Part shown: positions 9,997-21,488 of the stretch, in pieces
Numbering within the stretch: position 1 is the first letter of the stretch
Layout of the letters: every line of letters begins with the position of its first letter
From: Spirochaetia bacterium
GTDB taxonomy: Bacteria; Spirochaetota; Spirochaetia; SZUA-6; Bin103
Assembly: GCA_965203905.1 (NCBI GenBank)
Contig: CBDBDQ010000005.1
Location: 6,656,001 to 6,720,000 of the forward strand
Length of the DNA stretch: 64,000 nt
Direction: 5' to 3'
Made by a program: the position numbers and the translations under genes
Notes under the pieces: model-generated
The model's input: the letters and a program-made list of their open reading frames with translations, nothing else
The model's database searches: none
What the model was told of the DNA's origin: nothing

Positions 9997-10251
9997 ACCC
10001 CGACGCCATCGTCGTCAAGTGTCGGCGGCGTTTGCGGTACAGTGGTACCTGGGGGCTCAACGCAATCGCGTCTGGGGCAAGGACGCCCGCAAGACGCCCT
10101 ACGTATACCTCGGCCAGGCCACTGCACCGACTTTGTCATAACCACCGTTCCGCACACGCCGGAGACCGAACGCGGTTATCTTGGTGAACACCGTGGCCGT
10201 GGAGACGCCAAAGTCAACCGCAAAGCCGCATGCATTCCGTTCAAGCTTGGT

Positions 10252-11105
10252 TACAGCGCATTGCCGACATTCGCGGGCAGCGGAATCTGGAGCGCGTGAC
10301 CGGTCTTTGACTGGGTAACGGTGATGGTGTCGTTGATCCAGTCTATGTCGGCGAGTCGAAGGCTCAGGATATCTACGGATCGCAATCCGGTTCGCAACGC
10401 CAACAGGATGATGGCCTTGTCTCGAAATTAGAGGGACTCGCCGTGCAGCAGCGTTTCCAGGGTAGCGGTCTCCTGCTCGGAAAGGATCGGTATGATCGGC
10501 TTGTTTCTTACACACCGCGAGGGAACTGCTGATAGCAGACGGTCGGCTTTGCAGAAGCGCAGAAACGAGCGTATGTTCGAGGCAACAGTACGGATACTCG
10601 TGGGGCGATATGTGGCGAGCAGATGCTGGAAGAAAGCAGGTACCAGAGCGACACTGGCGAGCGCCAGCGTAGTGCAGCCGTGGTCTTCTAGAAACAACAG
10701 TAACTGACGGACTGAGTTGGTGCATGACTGAATCGTATTGGCACTCTTGTTAGTGACTTTAAGGTAATCCATGAAGTTCTCATGCAGCAGCAGAAGCTCT
10801 CTCGACTTAGGCATCGGATGGCGCTCGCATGTATAGATGGCCCATCTGATTGCTCCGTTGGCGACATATTCTCGCAGTATCAATGATGCCCGTCTGAAAT
10901 GAGCGTGTCGGCCCCGTCCGACTGTTCCTGCCTTGTGCTGGTTCACCTTATCCTGCAGGAAACTTCGGATCAGGCCGTCACAATAGCGTTCGACGTTCCG
11001 TGCTGTTGCATACTCCTTGAGCCGCTTATATGTTTGTCGATAGTGATTGATCGTTGCCGTGTCAAGACCGAACTTTCCGATCTCCTGAAGAACCGTTCTC
11101 GACAA
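10252..11105 (-). pseudogene. Tyrosine recombinase (RIT-like) pseudogene
   Basis: N-terminal SAM-like part, in-frame TAA at 10428-10430, then RDKAIILLALRTGLRSVDI..DIDW..QSKTG..PLP; truncated before HxxR/Y. Confidence 0.8.
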
Positions 11106-11208
11106 GATCGTCCCACAACAGGTTGGTGTGCATTGAGCACCTCCTTGAATGATCTCCAGATCAGTGTCTGGCTCCTCATCTTGGACGGTGCGCTTGCAAG
11201 TCGCAATG

Positions 11209-11318
11209 TTATGCCGAAGTTTGGAACGCTAACTGCTTGTGCACAAGCAAGTTACCCTCAAAGTTCGGCATTTCATTTCTTTCGGGATAATCCGAAAAAT
11301 GCCGAAATTCGGCATTTT
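11209..11318. repeat. Palindromic putative recombinase-binding end with (T/A)ATGCCG motifs
   Basis: atgccgaagttt..gcttgtgcacaagc..aaagttcggcat (11211-11271) and aaaatgccgaaattcggcatttt (11296-11318). Confidence 0.65.
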
Positions 11319-11320
11319 GG

Positions 11321-11800
11321 CGACAACGGCGGCGAATTCATCAATCTTCATCTGGCGCGCTACTGCGAGGATCACGGCATCACCTTCACTCGGGGGCGCC
11401 CGTATCGCAAGAACGACACCTGCTTCGTCGAGCAGAAAAACGGCCACGTGGTGCGGCGCGCGGTGGCTACCTGCGCTACGACAGCGACGCGCAACTGGCT
11501 GCCCTCAACGCGGTGTATCGCCCCCTCTGCCTGCTGAAGAACTTCTTCTACCCTTCGGTGAAGCTGGTGAAGAAAGTTCGCTCCGGCAGCAAGGTGCGCC
11601 GCATCTATGATGACCCGCAGACCCCGTATCACCGCGTGCTGGACCCAGTCGGTGAGCGACGAGGTGAAGGCCTGCCTCAAGCAGCAGTACGCGACGTTGA
11701 ATCCGGTCGCCCTCAAGCGCGAGCTGACCCGATTGACCGAGCACCTGTTGCGGCTACCTGGGTCCAAGAGCGCGCCTCCAACACGGCCGAGCAACCGCTG
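11321..11800 (+). pseudogene. rve/DDE integrase-core transposase remnant
   Basis: DNGGEFIN..GITFTRGRPYRKND.CFVEQKNG.VVR; frameshifted; NFFYPSVKL..YDDPQTPYHRVL. Confidence 0.8.
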
Positions 11801-11959
11801 AATGTTGCCGCGGCCGGGGGTGGACGTTCTCAGGGGGCGGCTTCGCCCACGCCCGGTCCGTGCTCGGAGCGCCGACCCGCGAGGTTTGCCGACCCGTCTG
11901 TGGGTGCCCAGGGGGCACCCCTGGTACCAGATCGTTTCTGACACGCTGTTTCTGGGCCG

Positions 11960-12190
11960 TGCTCGCGTACCACGGTGCCGCGGCGTACCACTCCTTCACT
12001 CACGGCGGCGGCTTCTACCGCAATTTCTTTGCCACCCTCAAGGGCGGCGCGGACCGTAGCGGCGGCGGTCCGGAGCGGCTGTTCATCACCGGCGTGGCGC
12101 CGATCACCATGGACGACGTGACCAGCGGCTTCAACATCGGCACCAACGTCAGCCTGGAACCGGACTTCAACGAGATGGTCGGCTTCGCCA
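11960..12190 (+). pseudogene. AAA-ATPase-like internal fragment
   Basis: GGGFYRNFFATLK..LFITGVAPITMDDVTSGFNI; similar to 18502-18700 and 26180-26345. Confidence 0.8.
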
Positions 12191-12470
12191 AGGCGGCCGA
12201 GGCGGCCAGGGTGATCCCATGCTGACGGATGTGATGGACGGACCAGTGCCGGCTCGGTGAGCAAGTGAGTTCGTGACGGGGAATTCGTCGGGCCTCGGGC
12301 AGATCGCGACCGGCAGTCTGCGATTTGGCGAGCGCCGCCAGCCACCGGTGCGCGGCCCGGCAACCGCCCTCCGGGTGCGGCGGCTGACCGCTCGTGTGCC
12401 GGCGCCGACCGCACGGAAGCTGCACCGGTCCACCCGAGCGGCCCGCGCACGTCTCGCCTGCGCACGGCGG

Positions 12471-13529
12471 TCACCCCGACAGCACGCGCCGCACCTCGTC
12501 CGCATCCACTGCCAGCGCCGCGGCGATCGCCTCGGCATCCTGCCCCAGGCCATGCAGGCGGCGGATCGCCTGCGCGAGCAGCACGCGCTGCGCCTGCTCC
12601 GCCTGCAGCCGCTCCTGCTCCGCCTGCCGCTGCGCCCGCTCCGCCTGCAGCCGCTCCTGCTCCGCCTGCCGCTGCTCCTGCTCCGCCTGCCGTTGCGCCC
12701 GCTCCGCTCGCTGCGCCCGCTGCCGCTCCTGTGCTATCAGGCGGTCGCGATGCTCCACCTGCCGCGCCAGCAGCATCGAGTCGCGCAACAGCAGGTCCTC
12801 CCCCTCCATCGTGCGCCGCACCTCCTCCTCCGCCATCGCCTCCCGTAACTGCCGCAGCACGAACCCGCACTCCGCCGGATACTCCCCTTCCTCGATCGTC
12901 AGCACGTGCGCGTCACCCCGCCCGTTGCCCTTCACCAGACCCTGGTCGAAGATCGCCAGCACCCGCTCCAACTCGTCCCGCCGCCGGCTCGCCAGCCGCG
13001 GTATCTGGATGATGTGGCTGCGGTGATGGATCCCCTCCACCAGCGGATGGCTCGCCGCAAGTTCCCGCCCCGTGCGCCGCTCGGTCACCCGCGGGCAGAC
13101 GTCGATCACCGTCTCCTCCGACAGATCATCCAGGGCGTAGCCCAGAAGGTAGATCGTCACGATCGGCACCGCCTCGGTGCGGCCTGACGGATGGGTCAGG
13201 ATGTTGTCTCGGCTGCCGATCTGCTGGCCCAGGTAGCGCCGGAAACGCTCGATCACGGTCGGCGCATTGGCCTTCTGAATCTCGATCAGCACCTGCCGCT
13301 CGCCGCCGTCGGCGGTGCGCACGCGGGCTGCGAAGTCCATGCGCAGCAGCGTCAGCGGCAGGTCGCGCTCCGCGGCGCCGGCGGTGCGGCGCACGGCGGT
13401 CTCCTGCGGGCTGACGGTGAGCGACTGCACCGCCAGGCCGGTGATCCTGCCGATCAGCAGGCGGGCGACGCGCTGGTTCTGCATCAGGTACTTGAACACC
13501 ACGTCGTAGATGGGGTTGGCGACGTCCAC
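12471..13529 (-). CDS. Rpn-like PD-(D/E)XK nuclease (putative transposase family) with C-terminal heptad repeats
   Basis: ANPIYDVVFKYLM, RMDFAARV, VLIEIQKA; AEQERLQ/AERAQRQ repeats and HTH-like tail. Confidence 0.75.
   Translation of the reverse strand: MDVANPIYDVVFKYLMQNQRVARLLIGRITGLAVQSLTVSPQETAVRRTAGAAERDLPLTLLRMDFAARVRTADGGERQVLIEIQKANAPTVIERFRRYLGQQIGSRDNILTHPSGRTEAVPIVTIYLLGYALDDLSEETVIDVCPRVTERRTGRELAASHPLVEGIHHRSHIIQIPRLASRRRDELERVLAIFDQGLVKGNGRGDAHVLTIEEGEYPAECGFVLRQLREAMAEEEVRRTMEGEDLLLRDSMLLARQVEHRDRLIAQERQRAQRAERAQRQAEQEQRQAEQERLQAERAQRQAEQERLQAEQAQRVLLAQAIRRLHGLGQDAEAIAAALAVDADEVRRVLSG
12590..12730 (-). repeat. Imperfect 21-bp tandem repeats encoding a coiled coil
   Basis: ctccgcctgc(a/c)gc units; AERAQRQ-AEQEQRQ-AEQERLQ-AERAQRQ-AEQERLQ. 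Confidence 0.85.
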
Positions 13530-13744
13530 GCCGGCATTGAACCTGCGGTCCGCGCGGCGGGTCAATCGCCTTGCCGGTGTTGCGAATGATCGGTGCGGCG
13601 GCGCCTCACTGAGGGGGCGTGCTCCCTGGTGTCTGTTGCCGGGGCAGGCGGCGCCGGACGCCGGCGCAGGCTCCTGGCGCGCTTCACGAGCCGGCGGCGG
13701 CGCGGTGGGCGGCTCCGGGCGCCACGGCCCCAACACCGCTCCTT

Positions 13745-13880
13745 CAAGTACCTCAATCGCCGTGGGCGCTTGCAGCGCTCTGAGCGCCCTCAGGGCGGCG
13801 AGTCGGCGGACGCCGCCGGCGTGGCAGCGGCGGTGCGAGAGGCGACTGCGCAGCTCGAGCGGTACCTGGCGGACGAGCGG
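13745..13880 (+). pseudogene. C-terminal fragment of AAA-ATPase/PD-(D/E)XK gene
   Basis: KYL..ESADAAGVAAAVREATAQLERYLADE resembles 27165-27260. Confidence 0.6.
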
Positions 13881-13983
13881 CAAGACCTGGGGCACCACGG
13901 CGCTACGTTCGACCAGACCGGCTTCCTGGTTCACGCACCGCGCGCGGCTGCCCGTCGCACAGCCGCCCGATCAACGGGTTGCT

Positions 13984-14860
13984 CTACACCGGCGCAGCGC
14001 GATCGGCGCCGAGACGGCCGCCACCGCCCCGCAGCCGCGGGTCGAGCAGGTCGCGCACCGCGTCGCCGAACATGTTCAGGCAGTACACGACAACCGTCAG
14101 GCACAGCCCCGGCCACAGCGCCAGCCGCGGCGCCACCTCCATGAACTCGCGCCCTTCCCGGCTCAGCATCCCGCCCCAGCTCGGCACCGAGATCGGCAGT
14201 CCGAATCCAAGAAAGCTCAGCGCAGCCTCGCTGATGATCACGCCACCCACGTTGATGGTGAAAATGATGATCACCGGAGCCGCGATGTTGGGCAGGACGT
14301 GGTGGATGAGGGTTCTCCAGCGGGTGCCGCCGATCGCCTCGGCCGCCTGAAAGTAGGCGTTCTCCTTGACCCCGATCACCGCGCCGCGGACCACTCGCGA
14401 ACCGCCGATGCCGCCCGTCACCCCCAGCACCACGATGATCTGCGGCAACCCCCGCCCCACCAGCGACATGATGGTGAGCAACAGCAGCAGCCCCGGAAAC
14501 GCCATCCAGGCGTCGACGAAGCGCTGCATCGCCAGGTCGAGTCGACCGCCGAAGAACCCCGAGACGCCGCCGATCAGCACCGCCACCACGACGTTGACGG
14601 TGGTCGCCGCCAGACCGACGGTCAGCGATATCCGGGCCCCGAACACGAGGCGGCTCAGCAGGTCTCGTCCCAGTTGGTCGGTCCCCAACAGGTACCGGTT
14701 GGACGGGGCCTGCATCCGGTCCACGATGTTGACTTCATCATGCGGGTAAAGGCGCCAGCACATCGGCAAAGATCGCCACCAGGATCAACAGCAGGATGAC
14801 GACCCCGGCGATGATGCTCAGTGGCTTCTCCTTGACCAGCCTGCGAAAGAACTCAGTCAT
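13984..14860 (-). CDS. DppC-like permease (operon 2), +1 frameshift near 14748 (real or sequencing error)
   Basis: MTEFFRRLVKEKP start; gggtaaaggcg here versus gggtaaggcg in the paralog at 23811. Confidence 0.85.
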
Positions 14861-15815
14861 AGCGAACCCTGGGGTCCAGGACCGCGTAGATCAGGTCGAT
14901 GAGCAGATTGATCACCACGACCCCAGTGGCGAAGAACAGGTTGATGCCGGAGACCATCGGGTAGTCCCGGTCATCGAGCGCATTCAGCAACAGGCGCCCG
15001 AGCCCCGGCAGGTTGAAGATGTTCTCCATGATCACGGCGCCCCCGACCAGGATCGGCAACTGCAGGCCGATCAGGGACACCACCGGGATGAGAGCATTCT
15101 TGACGGCGTGTCGGATCACCACCGCCCGCTCCTTGAGCCCCTTGGACCAGGCGGTGCGGATATAGTCCTGCCGGAGCACCTCCAGCATCATGGTACGGGT
15201 CATCCGCATGGTCGCGGCCGCGGCGGCGGTGCCCAGAATCAGGCTGGGAACGATGAACACCGCCAGATTGCCCAGCGGGTCTTCGGTGAAGGCAACCAGC
15301 TCCAGCGGCGGCGCCCAGCCCCACCAGATGGCCGGGTAGATCATGACCATGATGCCCAGCCAGAAGTTGGGCGTGGCCAAGCCGATGATGGCGACCGAGC
15401 GCCCCAGGAAGTCGGTGGCCGAATCCTGGCGAACCGCCGAGTAGATGCCGATCGGGAGGGCTATCACCAGACCGATCATGATCGCCAGGAGGCCAAGCTC
15501 GATGGTCACCGGCAGTCTGGTTATGATCTGCTCCCCCACCGCCCCACGGCCCATCAGCGATTCGCCAAGGCTGCCACGCAGGAGAATCCCTCCCAACCAA
15601 CGGCCGTACTGCACCCACACCGGCACGTCCAGTCCCAGCCTGCGCTCCAGCGCTTCCCGGTCGACCGACCCAACGGCCACCGTGTATCCCAGCCTCGCTT
15701 GGATTGCGTCGATTACGTCGCCGGGGATGAAGCGGACCGAGAGAAACACCAGGACCGTCACGACGAACAGGGTAGGGATGATCAGCAACAACCGCCGAAC
15801 GAGATAGGCTGTCAC
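14853..15815 (-). CDS. DppB-like permease (operon 2)
   Basis: YLVRRLL, QDYIRTAWSKGL, DPRVRYD. Confidence 0.95.
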   Translation of the reverse strand: MTAYLVRRLLLIIPTLFVVTVLVFLSVRFIPGDVIDAIQARLGYTVAVGSVDREALERRLGLDVPVWVQYGRWLGGILLRGSLGESLMGRGAVGEQIITRLPVTIELGLLAIMIGLVIALPIGIYSAVRQDSATDFLGRSVAIIGLATPNFWLGIMVMIYPAIWWGWAPPLELVAFTEDPLGNLAVFIVPSLILGTAAAAATMRMTRTMMLEVLRQDYIRTAWSKGLKERAVVIRHAVKNALIPVVSLIGLQLPILVGGAVIMENIFNLPGLGRLLLNALDDRDYPMVSGINLFFATGVVVINLLIDLIYAVLDPRVRYD

Positions 15816-15904
15816 GGTGGCACCTTGCTCATCGATGAGTAAGGGAGCCGAAAGGCCCGAGCCTCCCAGCCCCCGTTCTCACTTGAGTCGGTGTGGGTTA
15901 CGCC

Positions 15905-17667
15905 TCAGAAACCCATTTCTCTCTTTAGATCCTCGTCAATCCAGACGCGGGTAAAGACGGCGTTATAGCGACCGTCTCCCAACCGGTGCTCGCCGTTATA
16001 GCCGATGACCCACGGCTGGATTACGGCAAACTGTGGGGCCACGGGACCAAATATCGTCCAGAACTGCTCTACGCCATACAACTGCAACTCTTTGACCAGG
16101 CTGTTGAGCTCCTCCACGCTGGAAGCGCCCTTGGCCTCCTCGAACTTGGCGTTATACCACGGATCGTCAACATTGGAGGAGTTGTGTCCGGTGGTCGTCA
16201 AGTAGCGCGCGGACCACCCCAAGGGCTGTCCCTTCCCGGCCGCTTCCGCATTCGTCATGACGAAATCTCGCGCACTTCGTTTGGCCGCGTGGGACGGCGG
16301 CGAATGGACATCTATCTCGACCTCGACGCCAATCTCTTTCCAGTATGACGCGAGTAATTGTATGTAGTTCACATCGTAGCGTTCGAGATGGATCATCGTG
16401 GTCTTGAAGCCATCGGGATAGCCCGCTTCAGCCAACAGCTCTTTGGCTCCTTCGGGGTCGTACGTAAAGACCTTCCTGACCTCTTCCGGCCAATCTTCAA
16501 ACTGGATGACCGCCTTTGAAGTCCGGCTCAGTTGCCCCTGAGGTATTATATCGGCGTAGCCCTTGTAGTAGGCGTCGTTGATCTCCTCCAGGTTCAAGGC
16601 CATCTGCATCGCCTTGCGCACGCGGATGTCGTCAAACGGTTTCACCTGGACATTCATGCCGACGCCGTTGTCCGACCGACGGATATAGGGCCATATTACC
16701 AGCTCGGGGTTGGTCCGCTGAAGGCCCTCTATCTGCTCAAGCGTCCTCAGTTGACGCTCATAATCGACGCGACCCGTGCGCAGTGCCGCCATACGGGTCG
16801 CCGGTTCGATCATGATCAGGGCCCGCAACTCGTCAATGTAGGGCAACCGGTTCTGCGGGTACTTCTCGTCATGGCCCCAGTAATCGGGGTTCTTCACCCA
16901 CGTGACTGAGCTGCCTTCGACCCGGTCGGTCAGCAGCATCGGTCCGGTGCCGACCAGGTTCTGCCAATCGCCCGCGTCTCCGTGTTCCTCGATGACCTCC
17001 GGCGGGTACATCCAGCCCATGAAACTGTTCAAGACAGCCGGCAGAATTGTGAGGGTCAGTTTTTCCAGCTTGAATACCACCGTCGATTCATCGGTTGCCG
17101 TTACCGAAGCTATGTTCGCGCCCGCGAGCAGTTCCCATGGCATGATCGTGCGCTCGGTGAACCCACTGCCGAGTCCCAACAGACGGTGATAGTTGTACTC
17201 GATATCCTGAGCCGTCAGCACCCGTCCGTTCATCGGTGGCTTGTCATGCCAGTGAACGCCCTGGCGCACATTGACGACCACCGTCGTTGGGTCGGGCTGC
17301 GACCAGCTTTCCGCCAGTGCCCCGCTCGTGTGGTCTGGCGGGAACAGAAACACAAAGTCGAATTTGTCCCTTGGCGCCGCCCAGTCTGCCATACCCAGCT
17401 TTTCGAGCACGGGATCAATCAGGGCTTCCGCCCAGCCGCCTGGAACGACGATGTCGGCACTTGCCGACGTGCCGGTTTTGACGAAGGTCAATGTCCCACC
17501 ATACCGCGGTGCCGTCACCATCTCGCCGGTACTCGGGTCGAGCACCATTTCCTTCTCTGTGGCGGCTGCCGGCTCCTCTTCGCCGGCTGGACTTGCCCAG
17601 AGACCGGTGGTAGTCAGGACCAGGACCAACGCAACCGGAAGGTCAGTCGGATTATTGCAATATTCAT
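15905..17667 (-). CDS. DppA-like solute-binding protein (operon 2); ATG at 17667 is out of frame with the body (indel in signal peptide)
   Basis: GLWASPAGEEE, PRYGGTLT, LAESW, GTGP, DIRVRKAM. Confidence 0.88.
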
Positions 17668-18177
17668 GCGTATCTCCGTATGTCGGGTTTTGAGAGTATC
17701 GCGTAGCGGATCCCTGGCTACTCTCTGCCAGGCCGAGTCAGATTCCTGAAGCGCGCGGCGTGTGACTCACCGGGTTCACGCCGCGCGCGGGTGCGGTTCT
17801 TTGAGTATCACTCGCATCTCGTGTGCGCCGGGAACACCGCCACGGTGTTTGCCGGCGACCCACGAGGTCCCGGAGTCATGCAGCGCAGCCGGTAGAGACG
17901 CGGCAAAGTGTTGACGGGAGGGGGGGACGATTGGATGCACCGGTTGCGTCATCGCCATCCGGTTACTCTGCAGATGGTCGTGATGGTGCATTATCCGCAT
18001 CCGTTCGATCCTGAAGTTTCGTAGCATTTCACGCTCGCTTGGTGGTGTCAAGCGTGCGCAGACTCGACAGTGACTCGACAGACTCGACTTGACCATCGTC
18101 TTCCGGGTCACGGACTGACCGTGCCGAATCCGTTGCGCCTCGCACCTTGGAGACGATAGATTTCAGTGCGGTACGTA

Positions 18178-18835
18178 ATGAGCACGCCACCCACGCAGCC
18201 GCGCATTCCCTACGGCGAGGCCGACTTCAGGCGCATCCGCCTCAACCGGTGGCGGTGCGTCGACAAGACCCGCTTCCTGCAGCGTCTGGAGGAGGAGCGC
18301 TACGCCTTTCTCATCCGTCCGCGCCGCTTCGGCAAGTCGCTCGGGGCGTCGGTCTTGGAGAACTACTACGACCGCTTCTGGCGGACGGCTTCGCCGGCAC
18401 CGACATCGGGCAGGACCCGACCGGGGAACAGAGCCGCTACGTCACCCTGCGCTTCGACTTTTCAAACGTCAACGACGCGCTCGACACCTGCAGCGGGAGT
18501 TCACTCCTTCACCCACGGCGGCGGCTTCTACCGCACCTTCTTCGCCACCCTGAAGTCCGGGGCGGGACGCACGGGCGGCGGTCTGGACGGCTGTTCATCA
18601 CCGGGGTGTCACCGGTGACCATGGACGACGTGACCAGCGGCTTGAACATCGGCACCAACATCAGCCTGGAACCGGACTTCAACGAGATGGTCGGCTTCAC
18701 CGAGCTGGAAGTGCGACACCTGGTGGAGACCTACCTGGCCGCCTATCTGAGCGTGACCGACTATCGGGAAAGGGGACACGCGGACATCGCGCTGGAACCG
18801 CACGTGGCCCGCTATCCGAACCTGCAGCGCGGTAT
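18178..18835 (+). pseudogene. Collapsed AAA-ATPase-like gene (multiple internal deletions)
   Basis: IPYGEADF..VDKT..RPRRFGKS, then jumps to FITGVSP..., LAAYLSVTDY, GHADIALEP. Confidence 0.85.
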
Positions 18836-18869
18836 ACGACGCCGGCACCGGCGGGAATCGCCCGCGTGC

Positions 18870-19086
18870 AACCCGATTCTCGGACGAGCGGGTGCGCACG
18901 CGGGACGTGGAGGCGGCCCGCAATGAGGCGATCAGCTACGTCGCTATCGGATGCTGCTCCATCGCTACCGCGAGTCGCCGGGGGCGAAGGAGTCGTTGCC
19001 GAGCTTCGACGCGCTGCTGGCCGCGGTCGGTAACCGCGCGGCGTTGCGCGTGATCGAGCACGGCCTGGCCGACGGCGACGAGCTCG
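18870..19086 (+). pseudogene. Collapsed internal fragment of the vanadium haloperoxidase-like gene
   Basis: ccatcgctaccgcgagtcgccggggg..agtcgttgccgagcttcgacgcgctgctggccg matches 30725-30790. Confidence 0.85.
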
Positions 19087-19310
19087 GAGGAGTGAGCGCC
19101 GCCACATCCCACCGTATGGTTCACGCACAGCGCGCGGCTGCCCGCCGCGCAGCCGCCGATCAGCGGGCTGCTCTACAGCGACGCGCCGCGATCGGCGCCG
19201 AGGCACCGCCGGACCAGGAGCGTGGTTGCGCCGCGCGATTCCGCATTGTAATCGTATTTGCATGAAGGTAGCTTTTCTAAACTCTTTGGAAGGAGCGGAA
19301 CCGATTCTGC

Positions 19311-20191
19311 ATGACTATTCCCGTCAGCAACGAGGGCGGCAACCCCACCGGCCACGCTTGGCTCAGGCGTGAGTTGAAGTTGGCGGTCCCGCCGCCGGCG
19401 GTCGAGAGCTACGTCGTGGCAGGGACGCGGCGCACCGAGGTGCGCGGTCGGCGAGTCGTGGAACAGTATCCCCGGCAATATGCCACGGAGGAATCGATCG
19501 TGGCACATATCAGGTTCGCACTGCGCCATGAACCGATCGACCTCGGCGTGCTGGTTGCCACCTTCAAGGCAATCGAAGCCGACCTGGAAGCCTGGGTGAG
19601 AGCAGAGCCCACGGGTGCGTTCAGCCGCCGCACGTGGTTCTTCTACGAGACGTTCACCGGCCGGATGTTGGATCCATCGCTTCCTGATACACCACGTGGC
19701 TTTCCAGACGAGGCTACAGCCCGCCCGGCGTCATCTTCCCGGTGTCGGCAGCGATTCTCCGCGACCGGCGGAGTTACGATGAAACCCTCGAAACTTTTTC
19801 GCGGGCGACGCTCGGACTGATCCGATGGAGGTGGACGGGTGCGCGAGAAATCGTGGTCGACAATGAGACCGCCGATCTCTATCGGTACTTCGACGCGACC
19901 GCATTCGCGGAGTACCTGCACGACCGCGTTGCCGATACGGTTCGCCGCGATCTCACGGAAGAGCTTGCATTCATCGCGGTGTTCGACCGGGCGTTTGCCG
20001 CGGTACGTGAGATCGTCGATATGCCGGACCGTCGGGTGGCGTTGTTCGTGCGGCTCTGCATGCAAAACAGCGGCCGGCTTTCCGCGACGAAACGGCGCCT
20101 TTTCGCAGAACTGAACGACGTCAAAGTCGCCGCGATGCAGGCATCGGTCGGGGAAGCGCTCGCCGACCCCGTTTCAGGCCCATCAGCTTGA
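19311..20191 (+). pseudogene. Fic-family gene with central catalytic region deleted
   Basis: FALRHEPIDL..EPTG..RR.WFFYE N-terminus and YRYFDAT..VDMPDR..QN.GRLS C-terminus; no HPFxDGNGR. Confidence 0.75.
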
Positions 20192-20336
20192 CCGCGGGGT
20201 AGCTCGCTGCGCCACACACGGACCACATGGACGTGGGCCGTGCCCGGCGATAGACAATACGAAACGGTGGCTGGATGAGTTCCCGAAGAGCAGGCTGATC
20301 GAACTCGGGCACGACTCGTCCGCTGTCGGGAAACTG
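20190..20336 (-). pseudogene. RelE/ParE toxin C-terminal half
   Basis: QFPDSGRVVPEFDQPALRELIQPPFRIVYR..VVRVWRSE. Confidence 0.8.
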
Positions 20337-20385
20337 AACGTTGGTTGTCGGGACCGTGGCGGCTACCATCGCACCATCGTGTGCT

Positions 20386-20582
20386 AGTTTCCTCGGCTAC
20401 GGTCTGCCGCCCGGCACTCCCGACTGGGGCGCCATGCTGAGCTGGGAAGGGCGCAAGTACATGGAGGTGGCCCCCTGGCTGGCGCTCTGGCCCGGCCTCT
20501 GCCTCACGATCGTCGTGTACAGCCTGAACATGCTCGGCGACGCGCTCAGGGACCTGCTCGATCCGAGGTTGCGCGGCGCCGC
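20386..20582 (+). pseudogene. dppC 3'-end remnant (inverted relative to the operons)
   Basis: SFLGYGLPPGTPDWGAMLS..GDALRDLLDPRLRG. Confidence 0.85.
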
Positions 20583-20702
20583 GCCACCACCCTCAGGGGC
20601 CGCAGCGGTCGTCTCGGCGCTGAGCACGCCGCGTCGGCGTGACGACGCGAGCCACCGGCGCCTCGCCCGCGCCCGGGTGTCCGCTCAGCAGGGCGCGCGC
20701 CA

Positions 20703-20993
20703 TCAGACCTCGGCGTGGACCGGATGCACCTGGCTGGAGATCTCGGCACCGCGTTCACGTTCGACGGTCGCCAAATCGTATTGCCCCTGGAGATCGAGCC
20801 AGAAGCGGGGGCTGTTGCCAAAGTAGCGCCCGAGGCGCAGCGCGGTGTCGGCGGTGATGGAACGGCGTCCATTCAGGATGTCGGTGATGCGGCCGGACGG
20901 AACAGCAAGGTCGAGCGCCAAGCGGTTGGCGCTCAGGCGACGGGCTTCAAGCTCACGCTTGAGCAACCGGCCGGGGTGCGAAATCGGGGCCAT
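20703..20993 (-). CDS. higA: HigA antitoxin
   Basis: HPGRLLKREL..ITADTALRLGRYFGNSPRFWLDLQ. Confidence 0.92.
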   Translation of the reverse strand: MAPISHPGRLLKRELEARRLSANRLALDLAVPSGRITDILNGRRSITADTALRLGRYFGNSPRFWLDLQGQYDLATVERERGAEISSQVHPVHAEV

Positions 20994-21012
20994 AACTTGT
21001 ACCTCCTACCCG

Positions 21013-21295
21013 CTAATGGTAGTCGACGATCTCAACCTCATGAGCGTCACCTCTGCGGAACTCGAAGCAAATGCGCCATGGTCCGTTTACCGTCATCGCC
21101 CATTGGTCCTTACGGTCGCCCTTGAGTTTGTGTAACCCGACGCTCTTGAGTGGGCTCAGGTCGTGGAGCCTCTGAGCCACGTTCAGAGCCAACAACAGAT
21201 CGACTGCAGCAGCGAAGTCCAGACCGGCGAAACGGTTCGGCTGTTCACCGAGCCAAACCTTCTCGCTTGCTGCGTTACGCCCAGGAGCGGATCAC
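21013..21295 (-). pseudogene. higB: HigB toxin with +1 frameshift near 21281
   Basis: GTG ATC CGC TCC TGG (G) CGT AAC..; LHKLKGDRKDQWAMTVNGPWRICF..EIVDYH. Confidence 0.8.
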
Positions 21296-21488
21296 GGATA
21301 AACATACTACGAGACACAGTAAAGTGGCACGGCTTCATTTGGCGTGTTCCACCGTGGCGGCGAACGCTTCCACTTCGTGGGCCGAGATTAGCCGCACGAA
21401 CCGGATGTGCGACCAGCGCGGGTCCGACCGGTACTTCACCGACAGCCGTTGCCGGCTTGCCCGGCATGAGGCTTGCCGGCTTGCCTCC

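Noticed and set aside
13530-13934. N-terminal 135 aa of ORF 12471..13934
   Set aside because: Low-complexity extension overlapping a plus-strand ATPase relic; the family-like sequence starts at about 13529.
17776-18111. Possible IS3-like transposase scrap
   Set aside because: Only a vague RIMxHH resemblance, not enough to support a call.
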